Shown: positions 50,494 to 59,928, counted from the stretch's first letter. The stretch is 64,000 nt of DNA from an uncultured Gemmatimonadales bacterium (GCA_963779755.1 CAVZZO010000001.1:960001-1024000); one strand, 5' to 3'. Notes: a model not told the origin generated them from the sequence alone. Numbers and translations: made by a program.

Positions 50494-50853
50494 TCAGTGC
50501 CCGCCTTCCAGGACCAGGCCCAGAATCAGCTCCTGGTCGGGGCGGGCGGTGGTAAACAACTGGGCCGGCGCATCGCCCGGCCGGACCGCTTCGGCGAGGC
50601 CGGGGCGAGCGGCCGCCGGCTGGCTCGCCAGGAACCAGGCGCCCAGCAGCGCCAGCAACAGTACCGCGGCGGCGATGCCGGGCCGGAGCCAGTGCGCCAG
50701 AACCGCCCAGCTCGACTCGGCCTGATTGCCGCCGATGCGCGCCAGCAGCGCGGCGGACCAGGCCTCGTGGCCGCCCGGATCGAGATGTTCGCGCAGCAGG
50801 GCGCCCAGGGCTTCGTCCCGGCCGGCCTCAAACGGATTGCGCGGGTTCGTCAT
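50494..50853 (-). CDS. Putative anti-sigma factor (single TM)
   Basis: Coupled to the sigma gene (ATGA overlap). One TM helix. Confidence 0.6.
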   Translation of the reverse strand: MTNPRNPFEAGRDEALGALLREHLDPGGHEAWSAALLARIGGNQAESSWAVLAHWLRPGIAAAVLLLALLGAWFLASQPAAARPGLAEAVRPGDAPAQLFTTARPDQELILGLVLEGGH

Positions 50854-51383
50854 TCCTCCTCCTGCGGGCTCAGGCTGCGCCGCAGCGCGCGCCTCGCGTG
50901 AAACACGTCTGATCGCACCGTTCCCTCGGGAATGCCCAGGATCTGCGCGATATCGGCGTGGCTGTAGCCCTCCGCGTCGAACAACACCACCGCGACCCGC
51001 TGCCGCTCCGGCAGCCCCTGCAATGCCCGGTCGAGTTTGTCGCGGAGCAGGGCGCGCTCGGTATCCCGTTCCGGCGAGTCCCTGGTACTGGCCGCTTCCG
51101 GGAGCGGTTCCGTCTGGCGCACCTTCCGGCGGCGTCGCAGGTCGGCCGCGGCATTGAGGACCAGCCGCATGAACCAGGGTACGAAGGGCCGGCCCGGATC
51201 GTACCGGTGCAGATTCCGCCAGGCGGAGAAGGCCGCGTTCTGCACCGCGTCGTCGGCATCGGCGGCCTGGTGCAGGACGGATCGCGCCAGACGCCGCGCC
51301 GCAGGAAGGTGACGCTCGAGCAGCTGGCCGAAAGCCTCCCCATTGCCGCCGGCGGCCCGGGCGGCCAGGTCAGCGTCGCTCAC
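50850..51383 (-). CDS. ECF sigma-70 factor
   Basis: SDADL...A.G..EAF, DADDAVQ, EGYSHADIA.ILGIPEGTVRS. GTG 51383 preferred; GTG 51431 is possible. Confidence 0.92.
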   Translation of the reverse strand: MSDADLAARAAGGNGEAFGQLLERHLPAARRLARSVLHQAADADDAVQNAAFSAWRNLHRYDPGRPFVPWFMRLVLNAAADLRRRRKVRQTEPLPEAASTRDSPERDTERALLRDKLDRALQGLPERQRVAVVLFDAEGYSHADIAQILGIPEGTVRSDVFHARRALRRSLSPQEEE

Positions 51384-51388
51384 ACCAG

Positions 51389-51420
51389 GGTTACGCGCGG
51401 GCGGGGCAGAATGTTGAACC
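51389..51420 (-). promoter_or_regulatory. ECF-type promoter GGTTCAAC-N17-CGTAACC
   Basis: AAC/CGT bipartite motif whose -10 ends 7 nt before the sigma GTG. Same motif at 57485-57516. Confidence 0.65.
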
Positions 51421-51509
51421 GGGGGAAACACATGCTGGGAAGATAAGGCGGCGCGCCTGGTTGCCTGCCGAACCGGCGGCGGGTCAACGGGTTGGCAACC
51501 CCGGCGGCA

Positions 51510-52889
51510 TCATTCCTGGCGGCGGCGGGTCGCTTCCCGGACGGCAGCGATGGCAAACCAGATGCAGAGGCCCCCCACCGCGTAGGCCATGGTCCGGGGC
51601 AGGAGCAGGAAGAACCCCGCCAGGACGATCAGCACCAGGGCGGCGGGGCCGTAGATGGAGCGGCGGGCTCCGGTGATCACCGTCCACAGGGTGACCACCG
51701 CCCGGCGCCGCATTTCGCGGCGGCTGCGGGAGTGCCGTACGGGGCGCTCATCCGGCGCCTGGCGGGCCAGGCGGGCCGGGATGACGCGCTGGAGGCGGGC
51801 CGGGGCCCGCCGCTCCCCCCGTACCACCTCCAGGCTGCTGGAGATGTCCCGCCGGAACTGCTCTTCCATCGCCTGGGCGAAAGCGGGATCGTCGGTAAGG
51901 ACGTCGAGCTCGTAGTTCCCCAGCAGGCTGGAGGCATTGAGATTGCTGGATCCGATACGGGACCAGTGCCCGTCCGCCACCATCGTCTTGGCGTGGAGCA
52001 TGGGGCCTTCCCACTCGTAGATCCGCACCCCGGCACGCAGGAGCTGGCGATAGCCTACCCGGGTAAGGTTGCGCACCAGGGGAAGGTCGCTGGAACCGGG
52101 GACCAGCAGGCGGATATCGAGCCCCTCGCGGGCGGCATCGAGGAAGGCCTGGAACAGCCTGGGTGGGGGCACCATGTAGGCGTCGGTGATCCAGAGGCGG
52201 GTCGCGCTGCTGGCCGCGAGGATCTCCAGCACCTTGTAGGCCCGCTCCCGGCCGGGCCGGCCGGCGATCACCCGAATCGCGGCATTTCCCGCCGACGGCA
52301 CATCCGCCTGGTCGGGGAGGGCCTCGCCGCTCAGGCGCTGCCACAGACGGCCGAACGCCCGGTCGAGGGCGGTGGCCGCAGGCCCCGCGATCCGGAGCGC
52401 GGTATCCCGCCAGGGCAGTATGCCCCGTTGCTCGTTGCCCACCCATTCGTCGCCGATGCAGAGCCCCCCGGTCACGGCCACGCGGCCGTCGGCCACGACC
52501 AGCTTGCGGTGGTCGCGCGAGAGATTGGCGAAGGTGTCGACCAGGCGCGGAGGATTGAAGGCATGGATCCGCACGCCGGCCTGGCGCAGGTAGCGCCAGA
52601 GTTTCCAGCGGGTAGTGAAGGAGCCCACCCAGTCGTAGATGAGCCGGACCTCCACGCCTGCCCGGGCCCGGGCGGCCAGCGCCTCGGCGAAGCGCCAGCC
52701 GGTGTGGTCGGAGCGGAAGATGTAGTTCTCGAAGTGGATCCGGTGTCGGGCCTCGCCGATCATCTCCAGCATGGCCCCGTAGGTGGCCGGGCCGTTGAGC
52801 AGGAGGTCCACCCGGTTGCCGGGAATGGGCCGGGTGCCCGCCGCGCGGTCCAGGGCGTGATTGAGCGAGGCGATCTCGGCGGCGGCCAT
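51510..52889 (-). CDS. cls: Cardiolipin synthase / phospholipase D family
   Basis: Two HKD motifs (HRKLVVAD, HAKTMVAD), WRDT, GSSNLN. C-terminal TM pair. Confidence 0.85.
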   Translation of the reverse strand: MAAAEIASLNHALDRAAGTRPIPGNRVDLLLNGPATYGAMLEMIGEARHRIHFENYIFRSDHTGWRFAEALAARARAGVEVRLIYDWVGSFTTRWKLWRYLRQAGVRIHAFNPPRLVDTFANLSRDHRKLVVADGRVAVTGGLCIGDEWVGNEQRGILPWRDTALRIAGPAATALDRAFGRLWQRLSGEALPDQADVPSAGNAAIRVIAGRPGRERAYKVLEILAASSATRLWITDAYMVPPPRLFQAFLDAAREGLDIRLLVPGSSDLPLVRNLTRVGYRQLLRAGVRIYEWEGPMLHAKTMVADGHWSRIGSSNLNASSLLGNYELDVLTDDPAFAQAMEEQFRRDISSSLEVVRGERRAPARLQRVIPARLARQAPDERPVRHSRSRREMRRRAVVTLWTVITGARRSIYGPAALVLIVLAGFFLLLPRTMAYAVGGLCIWFAIAAVREATRRRQE

Positions 52890-52904
52890 GCTGGAAGGTA
52901 CTGC

Positions 52905-53507
52905 CTACCCCGCGGCGCCTCCGAGCCCCAGCCGCGCTTCATGGGGACGCAGCGCCTCCAGCACGAAGGCGACATGCTCCTCCAGAGGAACGCCGATCTC
53001 CCGGGCGCCCTGCAGCACCTCCTCGCGGTTCACCCCCCGGGCAAAGGCCTTGTCCTTCAGCTTCTTCTTTACGCTTTTCACTTCGAGATCGGCCAGGCTG
53101 CGGGAGGGCCGGACCAGGGCGCAAGCGACCAGGAACCCGCACAGCTCGTCCACGCTGAACAGCGCCCGGGCCATGGGGGTGTCGCGAGCCACGCCGGTAT
53201 AGTGGGCATGACCCAGGATGGCCCGCTGCCACGGCTCGGGAAAGCCCTGGGCGGCCAGGACCCGCACGCCTTCACTGGGATGCTCTTCGGCCGGGGAGTG
53301 CCGTTCGTTGGGATAGCGTTCGTAATCGAAGTCGTGGAGCAGGCCGACGATGCCCCAGGCGTCCGGGTCTTCGCCGGCCCGCGCCGCCATGGCACGCATG
53401 GCGAGCTCGACGGCGTACATGTGGCGCCGGAGGCTTTCGGACGCGGTGTATTCGTGCATCAGCGCCAGAGCGCGGTCGCGGGTCCAGGCGGTGGCAGGGC
53501 TGGGCAT
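52905..53507 (-). CDS. HD-domain phosphohydrolase (HDIG-like)
   Basis: RRH..AVE, GLLHDFDYE, VDELCG, KKKLKDKAFA. Confidence 0.9.
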   Translation of the reverse strand: MPSPATAWTRDRALALMHEYTASESLRRHMYAVELAMRAMAARAGEDPDAWGIVGLLHDFDYERYPNERHSPAEEHPSEGVRVLAAQGFPEPWQRAILGHAHYTGVARDTPMARALFSVDELCGFLVACALVRPSRSLADLEVKSVKKKLKDKAFARGVNREEVLQGAREIGVPLEEHVAFVLEALRPHEARLGLGGAAG

Positions 53508-53530
53508 GGGGAAAAGGTAACGGGGAGGCA

Positions 53531-53598
53531 GCAAGGGATCAGGGACCAGGCACCAGGGACGTTTGCCCCTGATGCCTGGTCCCTGGTGCCTGATGCCC
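53531..53598. repeat. Inverted 7-mer microsatellite (ACCAGGS)/(SCCTGRT)
   Basis: AGGGACCAGGCACCAGGG pairs with CCCTGATGCCTGGTCCCT (one mismatch). GTTT loop. Confidence 0.85.
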
Positions 53599-53603
53599 GA
53601 AGC

Positions 53604-54866
53604 CTACGGAATGGTGATGGCTGGGATCGTGGTTCCGTAGGTGCTGTTCACTGCCGCGATCATGGCGTTGGCGACGTATTCGTGCGCCAGTGCGGTCGGA
53701 TGTACGCCGTCCAGCGAGAACAGCGGCCCGAAGGTCACCGGCCCCGGATTGAGCGGATTGCTGAGGGCGGCGGTGATGTCCGGGAAGGGTGGGATGAGCT
53801 GGGCCAGGGCTGCCAGATTGGCGTTGATGTCCACGTAGGCCCAGCCGTGGCTGGTGGCCTGCTGCTGGATATAGGCGTTGTAGCCCGCCACCGCCGCATG
53901 CAGACCCGCCAGCTCGGCGCCGGTCACCACTTCGTTGTCGTTGGTGCAGTCGATCGTTACCACCGAGCCGGGATCCATCAGCGCCTGCTGTGCCTTGGAC
54001 AGGCCGATAGGCCAGGGAATGCTGGTGGTGTCGCCCACCGAGGTGGGAACGGCCGCCGCCGGTGCGCAGCTGATATCCACGTTCAGGTTGACCGGGAACA
54101 GCGGGTTCAGCGGGATGCCGGGGCACAGGCCGGTCTTGAGGCACCAGTAGATCGAACCCTTGGAGGCGTAGGGGATCACCGCCACGTCGGCGACGCTGAA
54201 GAGCACGGCACTGGCCCCCTCCGAGGCGATGCTGTCGACGATCTCTCCGTACTCCGATTCGAAGGCCGTCTCGGGCGTGACCAGCGCCGGATTGCCGGGA
54301 TTGCTCAGGCTGGTGAGCGAGCCCAGCACATCGTTGTTGCCGATCCAGAGCGACACGAACGTGGGGTTCTGGGCCTGCATGGCCTCGACCTGTGTCTTGC
54401 CCCCCAGGAAGAAGAAGGTCAGGGCATTGGACGCGGAGACCGGCATGCCGAAGTTGGTCAGGAGTTCCAGCACCCGGGCGCCGGGAACCGCGACGTTCTG
54501 GACGTAGGGTGGTGCTTCCGGGCTCGCCGCCCGCAGGTCGCAGCTCGCGGCGGTGCCGCCCCCGACCCGGGCCTGGGTGACGTTATTGGTGAAGGGCGGG
54601 GGACAGCCCCGGCCCTGGAGGTCGGGGATGACGAATGGTGCCCCGGCCTGCCCGGCGAAGAGCACGGCGTAGCTCTCCCGCTGGGTGCTGTCGTTGATGC
54701 CGGCCGACTGGAAGCCGGCGGTGATACTGTTGCCCATGGAGACGTAGTGGGCGAACAGCTCGCCGCCGCTCGGCGGCGCGGGCGGTTGCAATGATTCGTC
54801 CGAATGGCACCCGGCCAGCAGCGGAAGCGCCAGCGCCAGGGATGCCGCAAGTACGGAGTACTTCAT
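53604..54866 (-). CDS. SGNH/GDSL lipase-esterase lipoprotein
   Basis: LAGC lipobox, GNSITAG, NVAVPG, WIGNND, SLDGVHP. Confidence 0.87.
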   Translation of the reverse strand: MKYSVLAASLALALPLLAGCHSDESLQPPAPPSGGELFAHYVSMGNSITAGFQSAGINDSTQRESYAVLFAGQAGAPFVIPDLQGRGCPPPFTNNVTQARVGGGTAASCDLRAASPEAPPYVQNVAVPGARVLELLTNFGMPVSASNALTFFFLGGKTQVEAMQAQNPTFVSLWIGNNDVLGSLTSLSNPGNPALVTPETAFESEYGEIVDSIASEGASAVLFSVADVAVIPYASKGSIYWCLKTGLCPGIPLNPLFPVNLNVDISCAPAAAVPTSVGDTTSIPWPIGLSKAQQALMDPGSVVTIDCTNDNEVVTGAELAGLHAAVAGYNAYIQQQATSHGWAYVDINANLAALAQLIPPFPDITAALSNPLNPGPVTFGPLFSLDGVHPTALAHEYVANAMIAAVNSTYGTTIPAITIP

Positions 54867-54880
54867 AGGGCGAGTCCCCA

Positions 54881-56260
54881 TTAGAAGGCGTAGGTCAGAG
54901 TCGCGCCGAACAGGTGCGCGTGAAAGGTGTAGAGCCCGTTGTTCACCGTGGCGGGCGGCCCGATCAGTCCGGCATCGGTGGTCCGGCCCCGGCGGTCAGC
55001 CTGGTCGATGTACTGGTAGGCCAGATCGACCTTCAGGCGGCTCATGATCCGGGTCCCGAAGCCCACGGTGTACTCGCTGCGGGGGCCCTCCGGCAGGTTG
55101 GGCGTGACCGTCTGCGCCGGCGCGGCGGCCTCGTGCGTCAGGAAGCCGAGACGGAAATGCGTCGTGGGGCTGTAGGCGTAGTCGCCACCGAAACGGAACC
55201 CGCTGGTGGCGTTGTAATTCTCCACGATGATCTTCTGACCCGCATGCTGGAAGTTGAGCACCAGCGCATCGAAGACTTCCCAGTTCACCCACTGGTAGTC
55301 GAACAGGAGCTTGAGCTTCGGAGTGACGTCATAGGCCGCTCCGACGACGAGTTGTTCGGGCAGCGTGAGCACGGTGCTGCCCGACTGATTACTGAGCTGC
55401 GAGTCGGGCAGGAACTGGGGGGCCAGGACCGCGTCGAGCGGCGTGCCCGCCGGAAGACCCAGCGGGTTCCCCTGCGGCAGCAGAATGCCGGTGTTGATCT
55501 GGGTGAAGTCGACGCTGGCCTTGTTGATCTCCACCCGCTGCCGGGTGAGATAGCGGGCGCCGAGCGAGAGCTTTCGGTTCACCTTGATCTGGATGCCCAT
55601 GTTGGCGCCCAGATTGGTGGCATTGCCGTGCAGGTTGGCATCGGCGAAGTCGGTGCCCGATGGAATGCCGAGGTTCCCGAAGGTGACGCCCGGCGCCGCG
55701 GCCACCGTGGACAGATCGGCATGCTGGCGCAGCTGTACGTGCAGGAAGGTAAGATCGACCCCACCGCCGACTGCCAACCAGCTGGTGAGCTTGACTGCCG
55801 CGGTAGGCTGCACGTAGATGGCGCGGATCTGGCTGCGGTAGCCCAGGAACCGGCCCTCGAAGTTCTCCGGCCAGTTGGTCTCCAGTCCGTAAGGGACAAA
55901 GACGCCGAGACCCACGGCCCAGCGGTCGTTGAGCGGCCGCTGGTAATAGCCGGAGGGGACCGGAATGGTCTTCTTCTTGAGCTCGGTCTTGTCGCCCGTG
56001 ATGTCGTTGGTAAAGCTGCCCCCGGCGGTGATGAACGTCGCGCCGGCGCTCAGCAACTGCTGGTTGGCCCAGGCGAGTCCCGCCGGGTTGTAATAGATGG
56101 TCGAACCGTCGTCGCAGGGGGCGGCCACCCCGGTTCCTCCCCGGCCCATGACGCACGTGCCGTGCTCGTGAACGCCATACCCCTGTGCCCAGCCCGTGCG
56201 GGGGAACGCCAGTGTAGCGGCGATTGCCCCGACGGCCAGCCAAACCGGAAACCGTCGCAT
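54881..56260 (-). CDS. FadL/OmpP1 family outer membrane transporter
   Basis: Signal peptide, YYNPAGL hatch motif, PYGL, C-terminal TYAF. Confidence 0.9.
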   Translation of the reverse strand: MRRFPVWLAVGAIAATLAFPRTGWAQGYGVHEHGTCVMGRGGTGVAAPCDDGSTIYYNPAGLAWANQQLLSAGATFITAGGSFTNDITGDKTELKKKTIPVPSGYYQRPLNDRWAVGLGVFVPYGLETNWPENFEGRFLGYRSQIRAIYVQPTAAVKLTSWLAVGGGVDLTFLHVQLRQHADLSTVAAAPGVTFGNLGIPSGTDFADANLHGNATNLGANMGIQIKVNRKLSLGARYLTRQRVEINKASVDFTQINTGILLPQGNPLGLPAGTPLDAVLAPQFLPDSQLSNQSGSTVLTLPEQLVVGAAYDVTPKLKLLFDYQWVNWEVFDALVLNFQHAGQKIIVENYNATSGFRFGGDYAYSPTTHFRLGFLTHEAAAPAQTVTPNLPEGPRSEYTVGFGTRIMSRLKVDLAYQYIDQADRRGRTTDAGLIGPPATVNNGLYTFHAHLFGATLTYAF

Positions 56261-56396
56261 AGAGTTAGCTCCGTTGGGAGGTCGGAACGACCGTACTCTC
56301 GGGGGGAAGCCCCGGGATTTTACGGTTTCATCAGGATTTTGTAAAGCTGGTGGGATGGTGTGAAGATTTGGGGAAAACCGCCTGAAGATCACCCCG

Positions 56397-56816
56397 CTAA
56401 TGGCCGTAGGAAGGGCCGGCCTGGGCCGGGGCCTGAGCGGCGGTGAGGGGGACCTTGGCCGCCCGGGCGCCATCCATCAGGATCTCGAAATGATACCGGC
56501 CGGGGCGCGGCAGCGGGACATCGAAAACCAGGACGGCGCCCGCCTCCAGCTCGGTCACGCCGGCCACCGGCTCGCCGAACTGGACCGTTCCTTCCCCGCC
56601 CAGCAACTCGGCTCCCGCCTCATCGACGAAGCGGATGCGGATCGAATGACTGCCGATCTCGGTGCGCCGGCCCCGCACCCGGATCACCAGGTGGGTCCTC
56701 CCGTGCACCGCCGGGAAGCTGGCCACCCAGACGTGCTGGAAGATGCCGATGATCGACAGCTTCCCCTGCTGATCGATCAGGGCGTGGTCGGCGAGAACGG
56801 CGAAGTCGAGTTCCAT
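56397..56816 (-). CDS. Conserved hypothetical protein (DUF6941-like)
   Basis: LADHA..D..GKLSIIGIF, PG.Y.FEI. Confidence 0.6.
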   Translation of the reverse strand: MELDFAVLADHALIDQQGKLSIIGIFQHVWVASFPAVHGRTHLVIRVRGRRTEIGSHSIRIRFVDEAGAELLGGEGTVQFGEPVAGVTELEAGAVLVFDVPLPRPGRYHFEILMDGARAAKVPLTAAQAPAQAGPSYGH

Positions 56817-56830
56817 GGTTTCAGGCCGGA

Positions 56831-56919
56831 CCTCGACCCCCTCCACCCTCCCGGCTCCGTCGACCTTTCGGAGTGGTCGAGCGGGTCGAGCGGGTCGAGC
56901 GGGTCGAGGAGGTCGAGGA
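56831..56919. repeat. 9-mer microsatellite (GGTCGAGSR)5 with a degenerate complementary arm
   Basis: Five units at 56875-56919. CCTCGACCC CCTCCACCC at 56831-56848. Confidence 0.8.
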
Positions 56920-56924
56920 TAGCA

Positions 56925-57380
56925 TCAATCCTCGGAAGAGACCCTGATCGAGTTGACCACGTCGCCCTGTTTGATCTGCTGCACCACGTCCATGCCGTCG
57001 GTGACCTGGCCGAAGACGGTGTGCACACCGTCGAGGTGGCGCTGGGGGGCGTGACAGATAAAGAACTGGCTGCCGCCCGTGTCCTTGCCGGCATGAGCCA
57101 TGGAAAGGGTGCCGGCCACATGCTTGTGCACGTTCCGGTCGGTTTCGCACTTGATGGTGTATCCCGGGCCGCCGCTCCCCACCCGCGGGTTCTGTGGATC
57201 GCGGGAGAGCGGGTCGCCGCCCTGGATGACGAAATTGGGAATTACCCGGTGAAAGCGGGTCCCGTCGTAGAAATCGCTGTTAGCGAGTTTCTCGAAATTG
57301 GCGACGGTTCCCGGCGCTTCTTCATCATATAGCTCAGCCTGGATGATACCCCTGCTGGTGTCGATCGTGGCGTGTTTCAT
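56925..57380 (-). CDS. Cyclophilin-type peptidyl-prolyl isomerase
   Basis: [41 protein letters not shown]. Confidence 0.96.
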   Translation of the reverse strand: MKHATIDTSRGIIQAELYDEEAPGTVANFEKLANSDFYDGTRFHRVIPNFVIQGGDPLSRDPQNPRVGSGGPGYTIKCETDRNVHKHVAGTLSMAHAGKDTGGSQFFICHAPQRHLDGVHTVFGQVTDGMDVVQQIKQGDVVNSIRVSSED

Positions 57381-57484
57381 GGTACGCAGTTCCGCGGATG
57401 GAGTCGGGGCCTGGTGGGCGGTTGGAGTCCGAGCAGGCACGTTAACACCGGTCGATCCGAATGCACAGACTCCGGCCGGGCGGC

Positions 57485-57516
57485 GGTTCAACGAAGTCGA
57501 TCCTCGCCGCGTATCC
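57485..57516 (+). promoter_or_regulatory. ECF-type promoter GGTTCAAC-N17-CGTATCC
   Basis: Matches the motif in front of the sigma gene at 51389-51420. About 60 nt upstream of ATG 57578. Confidence 0.6.
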
Positions 57517-57577
57517 TCGGCATGCCCTGCGGGCGCCGCCCGCGGGCGCAGCGCTCTCCCTCTTCAGGAGTAACCGC

Positions 57578-57970
57578 ATGACAACCAAGGCACGATGCCG
57601 GTGGCTGGGTGTGCTGGCATTGACCATGCTGGCCGTGGCGCCGGCAGCTGCTCAGACCGGCGCCGCCAAGTTGGGTGGGGACTGGACCCTGAGCTATTCC
57701 ACCCCGCGGGGCGAGAATACGATGACGCTCCACTTTACCCAGCAGAACGACTCGCTGGGCGGCACCGCGGAGCTGCGCCGGGGCAGCGGGGCGCTCGCGG
57801 GGACGGTCAAGGGAGACTCGGTGACATTCACCATGACGATGCAACGGGAGGAGCGGACCTTCACGCTCAAGTTCGCCGGGCAGGTCCAGGGAGACAGCGC
57901 CAGGGGAACCATGGAGACGCCGCGGGGGGCCAGCCCCTGGACGGCGGTGAGGGGCGCACCCGGGCAGTAA
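57578..57970 (+). CDS. Small secreted beta-rich hypothetical protein
   Basis: SD AGGAG, signal peptide (APAAA-Q), GDW.L...G.V.GD beta-strand pattern. Confidence 0.75.
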   Translation: MTTKARCRWLGVLALTMLAVAPAAAQTGAAKLGGDWTLSYSTPRGENTMTLHFTQQNDSLGGTAELRRGSGALAGTVKGDSVTFTMTMQREERTFTLKFAGQVQGDSARGTMETPRGASPWTAVRGAPGQ

Positions 57971-58032
57971 GGCCCGCCGGCGGCGCAGATGACCCGGAAT
58001 CCGGTCGTCTGCGCCGGCGGTTTCAGGGGAGC

Positions 58033-59928
58033 CTACCTTCCGGCTTCCTGCCAGGTGTTGTTGGTCGTATCGGCATCCACCCAGATTCCGCCGTCGATGG
58101 ACAGCGCGCGCAGCGTTTTCCCGGTCTTCACCGCAACCGGCGCACGCGCCTGGTTCCGCTCCCAGACCGCCGCGGCCTGGTGCAGGCGCTGGGTGGTGCC
58201 GTCGCCGAACGTCAGCACCAGGTCGAACGGCGCGTCCATGCCGCCCTTGTTGTCGATGGTGACGGTATACCCGTTCCCCGTCCGCGCCACCCGCTGCACC
58301 GCGAGATCGATATAGCCGTTGCCGAAGAACCAGTTGGTCCAGAACCAGTCGAGCGTGCGCCCGGCCACATCGTCGAAGGTATAGAAGAAGTCCCAGGGCG
58401 TGGGGTGCTTGCCGTGCCAGCGCGCCATATAGGCGTGCAGGCATTTCCGGAATACCTCATCGCCCAGCATGTCCTTGACCGCCAGGTAGCCCAGGGCCGG
58501 TTTGCCGTAGGCGTTGATACCGTAGGCCAGGCCCGTCAGCGCGTCCGCCGGGGTGAGGATCGGCAGATCTTCCAGTGGGGACGGGTCGTGCGCCCACCGG
58601 TTGACGCGGAACCGCTGAAAGAGCGCCGTAGCCGAATCCGCGCCCATATCGGTCCGGTTGATGAGGTACTCGAAGGTGGTGGCCCACCCCTCGTCCATGA
58701 AGGCGTAGCGGGTTTCGTTGATTCCCATGTAGAACGGCATGTAGGTATGCGCGATCTCGTGCGCGGCCACGAACTCGGCGAAGGCCGGATCGGCGTACGA
58801 CTGGTCGTTGGCCATCATGGGATATTCCATTCCCGCCCCACCCTGGAACTCGGTCGTCTTCTCGTAGGGGTAGGGAACTCCCGGCCACCGGTGCGAGAGG
58901 AAGTCGAGCGAGTGGCGTCCGAACTGCACCATCTGGTGGAAATCGGCGGCGCTGTCGGCATAGGCCGCCTGCACGCTGGCCCGCCGGTGGGCGGCATCGT
59001 CCACCAGCACGCTGGCGGCGTCCCAGTCGTAGTGGTCGCTCAGGCCGAAGGCCACATCGGGCACGTCGGTGGCGGTGAAATGCCAGCTGTTCATCGGGTG
59101 CCGGGTGGTGACCTGGCCGGCGTCCGTCCGGGCGCCCGTGGCGACATGGATCGTGCTGTCCGACGTCAAGGACGCCCGGTAGCGGGCCAGCACCGCGGGC
59201 TGGAGCAGTTCGGCGGGGTTGGCGAGCGTGCCGGTGCCCCAGACCACGAAATCGGCTGGCACGTTGACGGTCACGTCGTAGTCGTTGAAATCGCTGTAGA
59301 ACTCGTGCCCCGAATGGTCCATCGTATCCCAGCCGTTGTAGTCGTCGTAGACCGCCACCCGGGGATAGAAGTAGGCGACGAAGAACGTGGTGGAGTCGAT
59401 CATGCCTTCGCGGCCCGGCTGTCGGGAGAGGTCATAGTACCAGTCGAAGGCCAGGTCGACCGACTGATGCGGCGCCAGCGCGGCGGGAAGCCGGACCGGC
59501 ACGGAGGTATAGAACCGGGGGTTGGCATTCCATTGCTGCGGCTGGTCATTCACCCTGAAGGAGCGGATGTGGACCCCCGAAGTAAGAAAGTCCCCGGAGG
59601 CGGGCCCGCCGCGGGGGGCGCCGGCCTTGTGAATGTTGTCGAGCAGTTTGATGACCAGCGTATGCAGGGTGTCGGGACTGTTGTTGGTGTAGGTGATCCG
59701 CTCGCTGCCGGACACGCGCCGGTCGGGCGGCATCAGCGCGATGGTGATCTGATAGGCCCCGCGATTCTGCCAGTACCGGGGCCCCGGCCGGCCGTCGGAG
59801 GAGCGGGTGCCGCCGGCGTAGGTCCGGGTAATGGCGCGGGGCTGGTACAGGTTCTGGGCGGCGGCCATCCGGGGCGCAGTCAGGAGCGCGGCGGTGAGCG
59901 CCCAGGAGCAGAACGATCGTACGTCCAT
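58033..59928 (-). CDS. M1 family metallopeptidase, exported
   Basis: YWQNR..Y, GMEYP, HEIAH...E (FMDEG), AYGKP. Confidence 0.9.
   Translation of the reverse strand: MDVRSFCSWALTAALLTAPRMAAAQNLYQPRAITRTYAGGTRSSDGRPGPRYWQNRGAYQITIALMPPDRRVSGSERITYTNNSPDTLHTLVIKLLDNIHKAGAPRGGPASGDFLTSGVHIRSFRVNDQPQQWNANPRFYTSVPVRLPAALAPHQSVDLAFDWYYDLSRQPGREGMIDSTTFFVAYFYPRVAVYDDYNGWDTMDHSGHEFYSDFNDYDVTVNVPADFVVWGTGTLANPAELLQPAVLARYRASLTSDSTIHVATGARTDAGQVTTRHPMNSWHFTATDVPDVAFGLSDHYDWDAASVLVDDAAHRRASVQAAYADSAADFHQMVQFGRHSLDFLSHRWPGVPYPYEKTTEFQGGAGMEYPMMANDQSYADPAFAEFVAAHEIAHTYMPFYMGINETRYAFMDEGWATTFEYLINRTDMGADSATALFQRFRVNRWAHDPSPLEDLPILTPADALTGLAYGINAYGKPALGYLAVKDMLGDEVFRKCLHAYMARWHGKHPTPWDFFYTFDDVAGRTLDWFWTNWFFGNGYIDLAVQRVARTGNGYTVTIDNKGGMDAPFDLVLTFGDGTTQRLHQAAAVWERNQARAPVAVKTGKTLRALSIDGGIWVDADTTNNTWQEAGR

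Noticed and set aside
51492..54794. 1100-aa + strand ORF and other long overlapping ORFs (3970-6444, 6402-8840, 43937-46558, 57595-59970)
   Set aside because: All mirror well-supported genes on the opposite strand.
56280..56396. AT-richer region upstream of fadL with TTTAC...GTAAA as an operator
   Set aside because: The inverted match is short with a long spacer and is not repeated elsewhere. Not distinguishable from chance.
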